NCBI GenBank assembly: GCA_965197425.1
Contig: CBDANC010000006.1
Span: 1 to 56,862, forward strand
Reading direction: 5' to 3'
Length of the DNA stretch: 56,862 bases
From: Bdellovibrionales bacterium
Lineage (GTDB): Bacteria; Bdellovibrionota; Bdellovibrionia; Bdellovibrionales; JAUICD01
The notes under the pieces are model-generated. The model was not told the origin of the DNA. It saw nothing but the letters and a program-made list of their open reading frames with translations, and searched no databases. Position 1 is the first letter of the stretch. Each line of letters starts with the position of its first letter. The position numbers were made by a program, and so were the translations under genes. This document shows positions 16,147 through 26,025 of this stretch, piece after piece.

Positions 16147-19100
16147 GTGAAACGCAAATTCTGGCATTTCAAATGTCGAGTACCCCTAATACACCTTTTG
16201 TGCTTTAGCATTGTATTAAATGGGAATGTCGGTTTCTCAAGCTCTACCCCGCACTACCATCAGGAAGAATTACCAAGTGATTTAGATGAAGAAAAAGTTC
16301 AATACCTAGAAGTTGACACTTGGAGCTTACTTCCACAAGAGCTAAAAGCTCATTCACATGCAGGATCAATAAAGCCAGAAGATGTTGTTATATCTTTAAT
16401 AAGCAAAGCTGGAAAATTTGAGCAATATGATATAATTAGACCAAGACCATATATAAATGCACCAACTAACCCCGAAGTAACATTTGATGCTCCTGTATTT
16501 TCAGAAGCTGAGCAAGTTCATATAGAGCTACAGTTTAGAAATAAACCATTTTGGGTATTTCACAAACCCATACTAAGCATAGCTAGATATGGCAACTACA
16601 TTGTCTTTATTGAAGCAGGAGATGTGGCAGAAGACAATACAGCTCTTTCGTTTATCGATCTTAGTTACTTCCAATCCACACTTGGATCTGAAGAAGGATA
16701 TTTACCCATATTTAAGATGGATATCCCAGCATTCAGTCATAATATAAGTATATCTATTCAAAACAAAAGCTTGTTAGTTAACAACTTCCCTATAACAAGA
16801 TATATATTAGATGAGTTTGGTCTGGTTTTAACAACCACATGGAACATTCAAGCAAATCTACTGTCTCATGAAACATATCAAGAACAAGTACCTATAATAG
16901 AAAGTTTACTTGAAGATCTAGAAAATGGAATGCAGTCCACATCATCTCTATTTTTTTCTAGAATAGATGCTCTAGAAGATACTAGTGAATTACAAATAGA
17001 CTCTGTAAAAAATAGACTCAAGAACGCACTGGAGTCAGCACAAAACTACAGAACTAGAGATGAAGCATTAGAAGCATCAAAAAATATAACAAAAGAATTT
17101 GTAATAGAAAGTCCCAAAGCTAAACAGAGAATTGAAAATGCCTTAAAAATATATAGCAGTGAAAGAGGTGTCATCAACAAGTCCCAGTTAATGATGAGAA
17201 GATTAATGTTTCCACGCCCAAAGGCAGGCGGCACAATCAGGGAAGCGTTGGGTTTTGTCGTAGGAAGTTTAACAGGACCATCTGGCGAAAGAGCATGGCA
17301 AATCAAAGAAGGTACTTTTATAATTTTAAATAAACCATCAGCAGTTATTGGAGCATCTTTGGCAGGTGCTTTGACGCTTGGATATATTCAACCAGATGCA
17401 GTTCAAGATTTTTTCTATCAGATTATAGACTGGGGCGGAACCGCACAAGAAATACTTAACAATAAATTTAGAAGTCTATTTACTATTATTAAAGAAGCCC
17501 TCTTTTCTAATGGAACTCTAAAAATTCCAAATATGAGAGTATACTTTAGTGAACAGTGGATAGGTAAATGGATATATGCTAATTTACATATTCTAACTAT
17601 ACTTGCAATGTCATTTGGTGTTCCTCATCTAGCCATTAACTTATTTCACCTTAGAAAGGCTAAAATAAATGCTAGAAATCAAAGCCAAAATTTTTCCCTT
17701 GATGGACATATAAAACAAAGAGAAGACGATTATTATCGTGCACAACCTGATGACTATATAGGTTCAAATCCCACTGAATTTACAAAAGAGGAAAATGAAC
17801 AAGTAAAAGAAATTATAGCCGAAATTAAAAGACCAAAAAGTCGTATAGAAACGTTTCTATCTAATACAAAAAAGCTTGCATCTGAAATTAAGGATAGACT
17901 TCCATCGATTCCATCGATTCCATCAAGTTCGCTAAGCAAATTTCTGTTTAGTTGGAGTGCACTACAAAATACATACGTAGCGTTTACTTATTTTTGGTGG
18001 AAGTATGTATATCAATTACAGGTAACTGCTCTTTTTAAACCCCATGTATTATCAACACTGCTTTACTATCCCAATGCATTTAATATAGGTACAAAAGACG
18101 CGGATCTTGATCACTACAAAACACCACACCCAATCACAAATCTAAATGGAGGCCGCAGACCCTTCTGGAGACAACACCCACTTAAGTTAGCAAGTCTTTT
18201 AAACAAAACCTATAAAAACAAATATGATGCTTATAAACAATGGGAAGATCATATTCTCAATATTGAGAAAATGGTGTTAGAAAAATCCCAAATTAAGGCA
18301 TTAGAACTAACTACACAAAACTTAGAAGAAAACCAACAACTTCATCTTATAAGAGATCTCACCGAAAATTCTCGGCTGTATGAAATGATAGAAAAACTTA
18401 ATGAAGAGCAAACAAAAAAATATCAAAATGACTCTAATTATATTTTTAACAAATCTATACAAAAAATACTAAAACCAGTAATTGATAAAATAAAAAACTC
18501 TTCGTGGCCTAACTGTGACATGTCTTATGACGATTGCATAAGTGAAATAGATGAACACAAACCAGGTACACTAAAAACTGTACTTGACATTAAACCTACC
18601 TTACAAGAAGTAGATGAAATAATAAATGAAGTTATAACTAGCAATGAATTTGATAGATACGATCCTTCGAGCCAAAAAGTTAAGATTAGCTCTAGCACTG
18701 TGTTCGTGAATAATATTCTATACAAATCATTGAACCCGCACAAAAACAAACAAGTCGAAAGATGGATTATGACAAGGGAGCAGCTAGAAGATCCTAACGC
18801 AGTTAGAAGAAATACCCCAAAAACTTTTTATAAGTTTTTGCAAGGGATCCCTGAGTATTTTTTGTATTGGGTAGGAGCTTCAGGAATAATGACCATGGCA
18901 TCTCAAGGGAGAATACCACTTGACGATATACTTGTTCCTCTAACTGATTCTCCGCCCTACTGGTCCGCTTATTTGTTTGGAATGATGTTCTTTGTGGATT
19001 TTATGGAAAAGATGTTTAACGATTTTGGTCTTAAGATGCAAGAAGAATACAGACACAATAAGAAAGGTTTTTTTGATGTATCTGTACCTGCAAAAGAAAC

Positions 19101-19752
19101 TTCTTTTTTAAAATGGTACTGGCAAAAAATATGGGACAAAGATAAGAAGAATACCTGGTGGAAAAATACAAAGCACTTTGTGGGGAAAATGTTAGTTCCT
19201 AATTTTCCAGCATACACAACAATGTATTTAATTACATCAAGGTTGATACTAAAACGGGTTGATCTGGATTCATATGTTATGGGTTATATGATATACCTCT
19301 TATTTCCAACAAGGGGACTTATCATGAAACTTACTCAAGGCTTTGAGGCAGCCATGACTGGATATTGGTATAAATATATACCACAAGGAATGGAAAAACT
19401 TAGAGATCATCCTAATTTACAAATACAGATTGATAAGGAAAAAAATAAAAATAGATTTAGATTTCAATTCTTTTATTTTATTCTTTACACAAACTTTGTA
19501 AGCCAAACACTTGGGACTGTAAAGCTTATTGGCTTTGACAAGTCTAGAGAACTTGCAAGATGGTTACCATTTTTTGGCTCCCCTCCCACAGTATTAGCTG
19601 TAAACTTTTTGGAACAAATAAAGGAAATGACAGGCCTAGATAAAGCAGTAACCTGGTGCCAAAAAGCTCTATCCAATGGATACGATGGGTGGATGCCTTC
19701 TGACGATGGACCAATACCTGAATGGCTTAAAAAACCCTGGCAAAAACCCTAA
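16147..19752 (+). CDS. Large hypothetical membrane protein (1201 aa)
   Basis: Long ORF with signal-like N-terminus and several aromatic-rich hydrophobic segments; no recognised motif. Confidence 0.75.
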   Translation: MKRKFWHFKCRVPLIHLLCFSIVLNGNVGFSSSTPHYHQEELPSDLDEEKVQYLEVDTWSLLPQELKAHSHAGSIKPEDVVISLISKAGKFEQYDIIRPRPYINAPTNPEVTFDAPVFSEAEQVHIELQFRNKPFWVFHKPILSIARYGNYIVFIEAGDVAEDNTALSFIDLSYFQSTLGSEEGYLPIFKMDIPAFSHNISISIQNKSLLVNNFPITRYILDEFGLVLTTTWNIQANLLSHETYQEQVPIIESLLEDLENGMQSTSSLFFSRIDALEDTSELQIDSVKNRLKNALESAQNYRTRDEALEASKNITKEFVIESPKAKQRIENALKIYSSERGVINKSQLMMRRLMFPRPKAGGTIREALGFVVGSLTGPSGERAWQIKEGTFIILNKPSAVIGASLAGALTLGYIQPDAVQDFFYQIIDWGGTAQEILNNKFRSLFTIIKEALFSNGTLKIPNMRVYFSEQWIGKWIYANLHILTILAMSFGVPHLAINLFHLRKAKINARNQSQNFSLDGHIKQREDDYYRAQPDDYIGSNPTEFTKEENEQVKEIIAEIKRPKSRIETFLSNTKKLASEIKDRLPSIPSIPSSSLSKFLFSWSALQNTYVAFTYFWWKYVYQLQVTALFKPHVLSTLLYYPNAFNIGTKDADLDHYKTPHPITNLNGGRRPFWRQHPLKLASLLNKTYKNKYDAYKQWEDHILNIEKMVLEKSQIKALELTTQNLEENQQLHLIRDLTENSRLYEMIEKLNEEQTKKYQNDSNYIFNKSIQKILKPVIDKIKNSSWPNCDMSYDDCISEIDEHKPGTLKTVLDIKPTLQEVDEIINEVITSNEFDRYDPSSQKVKISSSTVFVNNILYKSLNPHKNKQVERWIMTREQLEDPNAVRRNTPKTFYKFLQGIPEYFLYWVGASGIMTMASQGRIPLDDILVPLTDSPPYWSAYLFGMMFFVDFMEKMFNDFGLKMQEEYRHNKKGFFDVSVPAKETSFLKWYWQKIWDKDKKNTWWKNTKHFVGKMLVPNFPAYTTMYLITSRLILKRVDLDSYVMGYMIYLLFPTRGLIMKLTQGFEAAMTGYWYKYIPQGMEKLRDHPNLQIQIDKEKNKNRFRFQFFYFILYTNFVSQTLGTVKLIGFDKSRELARWLPFFGSPPTVLAVNFLEQIKEMTGLDKAVTWCQKALSNGYDGWMPSDDGPIPEWLKKPWQKP

Positions 19753-19896
19753 ACTCAACAACCGTCAATAACCTGGTATTTTTTAATACCTTTGTTCATA
19801 TATTGCATATAATTTTGGCACGACCTTCCACAAACTTTAATCCTAACTGAAAAAAATAATTTAACAATTCTAAGATTTTATCCTCATCTTATTTTT

Positions 19897-19912
19897 TGGC
19901 ACAACTGTTGCT
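19897..19912 (+). promoter_or_regulatory. Sigma-54 (-24/-12) promoter
   Basis: TGGCAC-AACTG-TTGCT matches TGGCAC-N5-TTGC; directly upstream of fliL-like/fliA. Confidence 0.75.
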
Positions 19913-19958
19913 CTATTAAGAACAGGTGGGCACAGCACCACCCAAGGAGCAAGCAATT

Positions 19959-20399
19959 TTGTCAACGTCAAAGACATTTATATTTGGAGTACTATTACCC
20001 TTTAGCCTAGTGGTCTATGTTAATGGCTTTTGTGATGTAGGAAGCTTCCACAAAATTAACTTTCAAGAAATTTATCAATCAGACTTAAGTAGCGAGGGCG
20101 AAGCTCATAAGTTTGTTATAGATTTAGATCCAATTCTTATAAACATTCCAGGTGATAAACAAAATCAAATAGTAGAAGCACTTGTTCAGTTGGAAACTCT
20201 CGAAGTAAAAGAAATTACCTCAAAGCAATCTCAGATAACAGATATTGCCACTTTAATTTTAACAAGCCAAGAGCATCAATTACTTATGGAAAAAAGCTTC
20301 AGGAATGAAGTTGCAAGTGAGATCAGATCAACAATCAATTCAATTCTAACTAAAGATTCAATTCTAAAAATTAATTTGGATTGCAGTTACAACATCTGA
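19959..20399 (+). CDS. FliL-like protein (divergent)
   Basis: N-terminal TM, IDLDPILINI, ITDIATLIL, EIRSTINSIL resemble FliL; AAGGAG SD before TTG 19959. Confidence 0.6.
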   Translation: MSTSKTFIFGVLLPFSLVVYVNGFCDVGSFHKINFQEIYQSDLSSEGEAHKFVIDLDPILINIPGDKQNQIVEALVQLETLEVKEITSKQSQITDIATLILTSQEHQLLMEKSFRNEVASEIRSTINSILTKDSILKINLDCSYNI

Positions 20400-20413
20400 A
20401 AAGGAAGAGACAA

Positions 20414-21209
20414 GTGAAAAAAGAAAACAGTGCACTATTAAAAAAATATAAAGAAAACCCTAACAATCTTACAAGAGAACAAAAAGATAAGTTGATAAAA
20501 GATTACGCTCCTTTAATAAAATATATTGCACGTAAAATTGCACTAAGACTTCCTTCAAGTATAGATTTAGATGATCTTATTTCAAGTGGAGTTATGGGAT
20601 TGATGGATGCTTTAGAAAAATATGATATGAGCAGAGAAAATACTTTTAAGACATATGCAGAATTTAGAATAAGAGGAAGTATTTTGGACGAACTCAGATC
20701 ACAAGACTGGGCACCTAGGAGTATCAGAGATAAAGCAAAGCTAATGGAGCGTGCCCAAACTCAGTTAGAAAATAAATTGGGCAGAAAACCCACAGCATCT
20801 GAAGTTGCTCAAAAACTTGGAATAAGTAAAACAAAATATCACAAACTAGAGAATAATGTACGACCTGTTAGCATGCTATCTATAGATGAACAATCTTCAT
20901 TTAGTAGCTTTGATAAAAAATCAATACTTAGTATTATTCATGGATCTAGCATTGGAAACCCTTCGGTTGATATAGATGTAAAGGATCTTAAAGAAAAAAA
21001 TAGCGAACTGTATAAAACAACTCCCTGAGAAACAGAGAGTGGTCATGACTCTTTATTACTATGAAGATCTAAACTTAAAAGAAATAGGTGATATGTTAAA
21101 GGTTACAGAAAGTAGAATCTCTCAACTAAGAGCACAAGCTCTACTGAAGCTAAAAGAAAGACTTTCTCCTTACATATATCAAAAAAGTGAGATTGCTAAA
21201 GCAAGTTAG
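20414..21209 (+). pseudogene. fliA: FliA/WhiG sigma-28 factor interrupted by one extra A in the A7 tract (20994-21000)
   Basis: DDLISSGVMGLMDA, TYAEFRIRGSILDELR..DWAPRS; the shifted frame continues LPEKQRVVMTLYYYEDLNLKEIG..VTESRISQL to TAG 21209. Confidence 0.9.
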
Positions 21210-21213
21210 TCTA

Positions 21214-21468
21214 AAGGTCTTCCGAATCAAGTTAAAAGATGGATTGGTGAAATGTAAGACGAAGTCCAAATGTAACCAAGACATCTTTTAGCTTGATGGT
21301 TGCCCAGCTCTGGAACACGATGCTGATCCCGTCCCACAAGGTCTTCCGAACGAGGCAAATAAGGGAAGTTCGCTTTCCTTGGTTCAATTGGCTTACGGGA
21401 TAAACCTTTATATTATCCAATTGAAATAACCTCCCTGCGGTCGGTTTTTGCCGAGTGGTTGCCCAGCT
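21214..21468 (+). repeat. Two tandem hairpin cassettes (type III 21214-21337; type I+Y 21338-21468)
   Basis: AAGGTCTTCCGAA starts both; GGTTGCCCAGCT closes both cores. Confidence 0.92.
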
Positions 21469-21491
21469 TTGTAGGTGTAATATGATAACAG

Positions 21492-22086
21492 TTAATCATA
21501 ATTAACTTTTATTATTGAGTCTTTCTGCAATTTTATAGTAGCGTCGCTTAGATCAATTATTTGAGACAAACTATTCTTTTTGTTGGTAGCATCTTGTCTG
21601 CTTTCGAAAAGCCCAATATTTACCTGATACATTGGTTGATCTTCTTCTTCTTCAACTTTTACATAAAAACTCTCTATAAAGCCCTGACTTCTTAACTCTT
21701 CTACATGAATTATAGCCATGTCTCTTTTTTCATATTGCGTAATAGCTATTGTGTATTTGTCTACACTATCTGTTGCACCATCTGAATAGCTGTCATCTAC
21801 TGAAGCTATCTTTCTGCTGGTACCTTTAAAAGATGAGGGCGGTTTTTTTTCCTACTATCACAACCTGTCCCCCGGTTTCAGCACTTGCTAAACTTCTTTT
21901 ATTGGGTTCAGCTGCTCCCTCCTGCTTACTATTTTGAATTTCTTCGGAATTATAAGAGTCTTGTTTATCTCCAAAATACCTTCCAACAAAAGCTCCCAAC
22001 ACAAAACAAGACATCGCCACAATAGATACCGATATTACTTTTATCAAACTTCCATACGTCTGCTTACTTTTATTTTGATTAATCAT
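21492..22086 (-). pseudogene. Membrane-anchored SPOR-domain protein split by one extra base in T8 (21843-21850)
   Basis: Deleting one base joins ORFs 21826-22086 and 21492-21719 via KKPPSSFKGTSRKIASV..KYTIAI; YQVNIGLFESRQDA is SPOR-like. Confidence 0.75.
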
Positions 22087-22301
22087 AAGCTCCTGCTAAT
22101 TTAAACCCATCAATATAATCTGATTTACAAAAAACCACACACCCCACTCAAAGCTAGAATTGTCAATCCAGGTTCTTTGTTTTCAAGCAAACCACTGGAC
22201 CTTAACAAACCAGCTTTATAGTAATTATTCTATACCTATTGCAAGTCTGATCAAGCATTATTTTGTTAAGCATTTATCCGCTACATACTATCTATGTGGT
22301 T

Positions 22302-23198
22302 TTAGGGTTGGAATTGGCTAACCAGGTGATGACTTTGACTTAATGACACTAATAAATCTTTAGCGTCTCTAATTGGGGTAATACCGTCTGCTAGTAACTT
22401 AACATTTCCACAAAACTTAGCATCCGTGGGATGTGCAGGTATAACACCTAAAGGAACTCCAAGTTCAATAGCCTTATTTGCGGTTATCATTGTTCCACTT
22501 CTCATTCTGGCTTCAACCACTAACACCGCATCTCCAAGTGCAGCAATGAGCCTGTTTCTATGATGAAAGTTATGTTTTAGCATTTTTCCATCAAATGGAT
22601 ATTCTGACACCACAGCTCCACCAGACTCCAATATACCTCCTACCATGCGATTAAACGAATTAGGGTATATATTAGCCAGGCCACTGGGTAAGAATGCAAC
22701 TGTAGGTTTACAAACCCTAGTTGAAATTATATGAGTTTTTTGATCAATACCCATTGCTGCTCCACTAACTGAACAAATTCCTCCTTCAAACAAACTGGTA
22801 AGGTTATCTTCCATCCACTTTAAAGAAATGTCGCCAGGGTTTCTACTGCCCACCACGCTTAGTTTATATCCATTATTCCAACATGCGGTACCAACAAAAC
22901 TAAGAAATAAAGGTGGTGAAGGTAATTTGTATAAATTTTTTGGATAATTCTCTCCTCCAAAATAAACAAATTTAATTTTTCTCTTAGCTAAGTTATCTAA
23001 GTACTTTGAACCTACGTCATACCATTTTTCTTTTAACAAAATAGATCTTGTAGGTTCTTTTACAAACTCCAACATAGAGTTTCTATCTAAATTATTTTTA
23101 AATACCTCAAAAAGATCCTCTCTAACACTATTAGCAATTTTGGGAGTTGTGATAGAGTGCCATGCACTTAAAGTTTCTTTTAACTTGGTTATTTCCAT
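22302..23198 (-). CDS. dprA: DNA-processing protein DprA
   Basis: YPKNL..PPLFL, VVGSR, VSGAAMGID, FHHRNRLIAAL, VEARMRSGTMITA. Confidence 0.93.
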   Translation of the reverse strand: MEITKLKETLSAWHSITTPKIANSVREDLFEVFKNNLDRNSMLEFVKEPTRSILLKEKWYDVGSKYLDNLAKRKIKFVYFGGENYPKNLYKLPSPPLFLSFVGTACWNNGYKLSVVGSRNPGDISLKWMEDNLTSLFEGGICSVSGAAMGIDQKTHIISTRVCKPTVAFLPSGLANIYPNSFNRMVGGILESGGAVVSEYPFDGKMLKHNFHHRNRLIAALGDAVLVVEARMRSGTMITANKAIELGVPLGVIPAHPTDAKFCGNVKLLADGITPIRDAKDLLVSLSQSHHLVSQFQP

Positions 23199-23216
23199 GT
23201 GGATACTCCACTCGTA
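23199..23216. repeat. Single 18-bp unit abutting the dprA start codon
   Basis: GTGGATACTCCACTCGTA. Confidence 0.85.
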
Positions 23217-23266
23217 TGCTGTTAAAAGACATACATTAGATTGTGCTTCTTGTGTAAAATAAAAGG

Positions 23267-24430
23267 CTATTTTTGTGAATCTTTAAAAAACTTATAGATC
23301 AAAAAAGCCAATGGAGCTGCAAATATGGAAAAAGTTGCACCCATTTTTGCCCCATTTAACAATTCCAAGTCTGTGTAAGCTTCCCCTGCAATAAACAAAG
23401 ACACTGTAAGTCCCAACCCTGCAACCGCACTTAAGACTATCAGATCACCATAATACATGCCTTTTGGAAGCGAATATCCAAGTTTATCCGCCAACATTCC
23501 CAAACCGCCAATTCCTATAACCTTGCCCAGAATCAAAGATGTCACAATTATAAGGGTCAAAACATTTATTGATGAAAACGCTACACCTGCATTTACCAAT
23601 GCAAAACCAAAAAGTCCAATATCCACAGGTAGCTTAAAGATATGCTCGAAGTTGGTCAGTGTAGAGCTTTTATTTTTAGAATAAGGCATACATGCTACAA
23701 CAAACACCAGTGCAAGTGCAGGATGTAAACTGGACATAATCAAACCACACCATGATAAAAATCCACATATCAACACATAAGGAAAACAGCTTTTTATCTT
23801 TAACTTTCTAAATATTAAAGCAAGAACAATTGCCAAAAGCACAAATAATAAATATTGAGGTTCAACAGGCTTAACGGGATCTGGATAAAATATAGCTATG
23901 ATACCCAAACCTATTGCATCATCAACCACAGCCAACAATAACAAATAACTAACAGCTGGGTGCTTTGAGCCAAACAAAATTTTCATAACCATCCAAGCTA
24001 AGGCTATATCTGTAGCTGTAGGTATCCCCCACCCGTTTAAAACATCTTCCCTGATCACACCACCTTGCATGATCCCCTCAAGTGGAACTACATGACACAA
24101 CACAAAGAACACTGCTACAGGGCCAAGTATTCCACCAGTTGTAGCAAATAATGGGTTTATTGATTTTGATATTGGATTTAGTGCTCCACCAAAGCTTACA
24201 GCTTGTACTATTTCAACAGTAGCTATACCGAAAAAGAAGACCATAAATACATCATTTATTAAAAAATGAATTGTTATAGGGTAGCCAAGAATAGTTACAT
24301 CTCTAAACAGAGGATACTCTATAAAGTGATGATAAGAATCAAAGTCTAAATTGGCCCACAAAATAGCAACGACTAAACCTAAAAGGAGCGGCAGAGAATA
24401 TTCTTGAATTAAATATATAACTCTTTTCAT
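23267..24430 (-). CDS. nhaA: Na+/H+ antiporter NhaA
   Basis: INDVFM, GWGIPTATDIA, LAVVDD, AGLGLTVSLFI. Confidence 0.93.
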   Translation of the reverse strand: MKRVIYLIQEYSLPLLLGLVVAILWANLDFDSYHHFIEYPLFRDVTILGYPITIHFLINDVFMVFFFGIATVEIVQAVSFGGALNPISKSINPLFATTGGILGPVAVFFVLCHVVPLEGIMQGGVIREDVLNGWGIPTATDIALAWMVMKILFGSKHPAVSYLLLLAVVDDAIGLGIIAIFYPDPVKPVEPQYLLFVLLAIVLALIFRKLKIKSCFPYVLICGFLSWCGLIMSSLHPALALVFVVACMPYSKNKSSTLTNFEHIFKLPVDIGLFGFALVNAGVAFSSINVLTLIIVTSLILGKVIGIGGLGMLADKLGYSLPKGMYYGDLIVLSAVAGLGLTVSLFIAGEAYTDLELLNGAKMGATFSIFAAPLAFLIYKFFKDSQK

Positions 24431-24548
24431 ACAAGACAGTAAGACTAACAAAATAGTTCAATGTGCGTCAAAGACCTTAAGATAAGTTGTAGAGCATAAT
24501 GACTCAAAGTATATGTATATGTTGTTTAATTTCAATAAACCAAAAGTT

Positions 24549-25646
24549 ATGGAAAAAACCAACAGCCTAATAAAAAAAGCTATAAAACTTGCGATTTTAG
24601 AAGCCAAAAAAGGCTATGGCAAAGTATCACCTAATCCTCCGGTAGGTTGTGTAATTATAAAAGAAAATAAAATCTTGTCCTCAGGTTATCATGCACAGTT
24701 TGGCAAAAAACATGCAGAAGTAGATGCAATATCAAAATTATCCGGTGATGAACTAAAAAACGCTACCATCATAACAACCTTGGAACCTTGCTCACACGAA
24801 GGCAAAACTCCGTCCTGTGCAAAGCTCATTAGCAAACTACCTATAAAACACTTAATCTATGGCATAAAAGACACAAACCCAACAGCACGGGGAGGGGCTT
24901 TAATAATTAAAAATGCTGGTATAAAAGTAACAGAATCTCCCTACCTACAAGAAGAGCTAACAGATCTTGTAGAAATTTTTAGAAAAAATCAAGAACGTAA
25001 AAGCCCTTTCGTATCTATAAAGGCTGCACTAACATTGGATGGCTACATGGCTGACAAGTACAACAAAAGTAAATGGATTACAGAAGAAACTACTAGAAAA
25101 TTAGCACATACCCTAAGAAAACAATATGATGCTACAATGATTGGAGTAAATACATTTATAGAAGATAACCCAAAGCTCAATATTAGATTAGAAACTCAAG
25201 AAGAAAATAATATAGTAGTAATTGATCCAAAAGCACGTGTTGTAGAAAAAAGTGTGGAAAAAATAAAACAATCTAACTTGTATAAACTAAACAAAAAAAT
25301 ATTCTGGGTAGTATCAAACACTCAGAACCTTCCAAAGCTAGACAAACTGGAATATATAGTTTTTAAAGACTGCAAAACGCTGCTAGCTACACTCTATCAA
25401 AAAGGGATCTACAGTATTTTGATAGAGGGAGGAGCAAAGACATTTTCTCATTTTTTTGAAAAAAATCTAGTAGATAGAGCCTACCTGTTTTTTTCAAATA
25501 AAATAATAGGCGATGGCTTAAACCTGTTACACAATATATCTAGAAATCTAGAAAATCCAATCACCTTAAAAAGGATAACAACCACTCGTATAGAAAACAC
25601 CGAGGATACCTTGATTACAGGATTAATTGCTTATGGCTCGGATTAA
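24549..25646 (+). CDS. ribD: Riboflavin biosynthesis deaminase/reductase
   Basis: PNPPVGCVI, HAE, TLEPCSHEGKTPSC, SKWIT, LIEGG. Confidence 0.95.
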   Translation: MEKTNSLIKKAIKLAILEAKKGYGKVSPNPPVGCVIIKENKILSSGYHAQFGKKHAEVDAISKLSGDELKNATIITTLEPCSHEGKTPSCAKLISKLPIKHLIYGIKDTNPTARGGALIIKNAGIKVTESPYLQEELTDLVEIFRKNQERKSPFVSIKAALTLDGYMADKYNKSKWITEETTRKLAHTLRKQYDATMIGVNTFIEDNPKLNIRLETQEENNIVVIDPKARVVEKSVEKIKQSNLYKLNKKIFWVVSNTQNLPKLDKLEYIVFKDCKTLLATLYQKGIYSILIEGGAKTFSHFFEKNLVDRAYLFFSNKIIGDGLNLLHNISRNLENPITLKRITTTRIENTEDTLITGLIAYGSD

Positions 25647-25690
25647 AACATAATAATTAAAGTCGCCTGAAAATCCCAACAAAGCTGGTT

Positions 25691-26013
25691 TATTGGCCTC
25701 GTTGGGAAGATCTTAAGTTACTAGATCAGCATCGTGTCCAGTGCTGGGCAACTCTAATACTGAAAGTACCTTGGCTACATTTGTGCTTTGCACTGCATTT
25801 CGCCCAGGCAACTTTCAGTTTTAGCGAAGACCTTGTGATTTACCATTTTAAGCCTTTAGTCTTGGTTACAAACTGACGAACTAAATGATAGAATCTATCC
25901 GTCGTTTGACGCTCTGAAGGGAGGGATCGGAATCGTGGTGGGGAGCTGGGCAACCACTCGGCAAAATAAGTGAACAAGTCCACTCATTTTTGCCTCGTTA
26001 GGAAGAAGACCTT
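25691..26013 (-). repeat. Cluster of hairpin cassettes (partial 25691-25714; type II 25724-25834; type I 25918-26013)
   Basis: Shared ends GCTGGGCAAC and GAAGA(C/T)CTT. Confidence 0.9.
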
Positions 26014-26025
26014 GTGGGAGGAAAC

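Noticed and set aside
19816..19832. Second sigma-54 site TGGCACG
   Set aside because: Lacks GC at the -12 position.
21232..21420. Small ORFs over repeats (also 7983-8213, 43086-43283, 2466-2666)
   Set aside because: They are translations of repeat DNA or alternate frames, with no independent coding evidence.
13021..26013. Hairpin cassettes as CRISPR repeat-spacer units or integron attC sites
   Set aside because: The cores are themselves repeated and palindromic, units are dispersed in both orientations, and there is no cas or intI gene or regular one-per-gene spacing.
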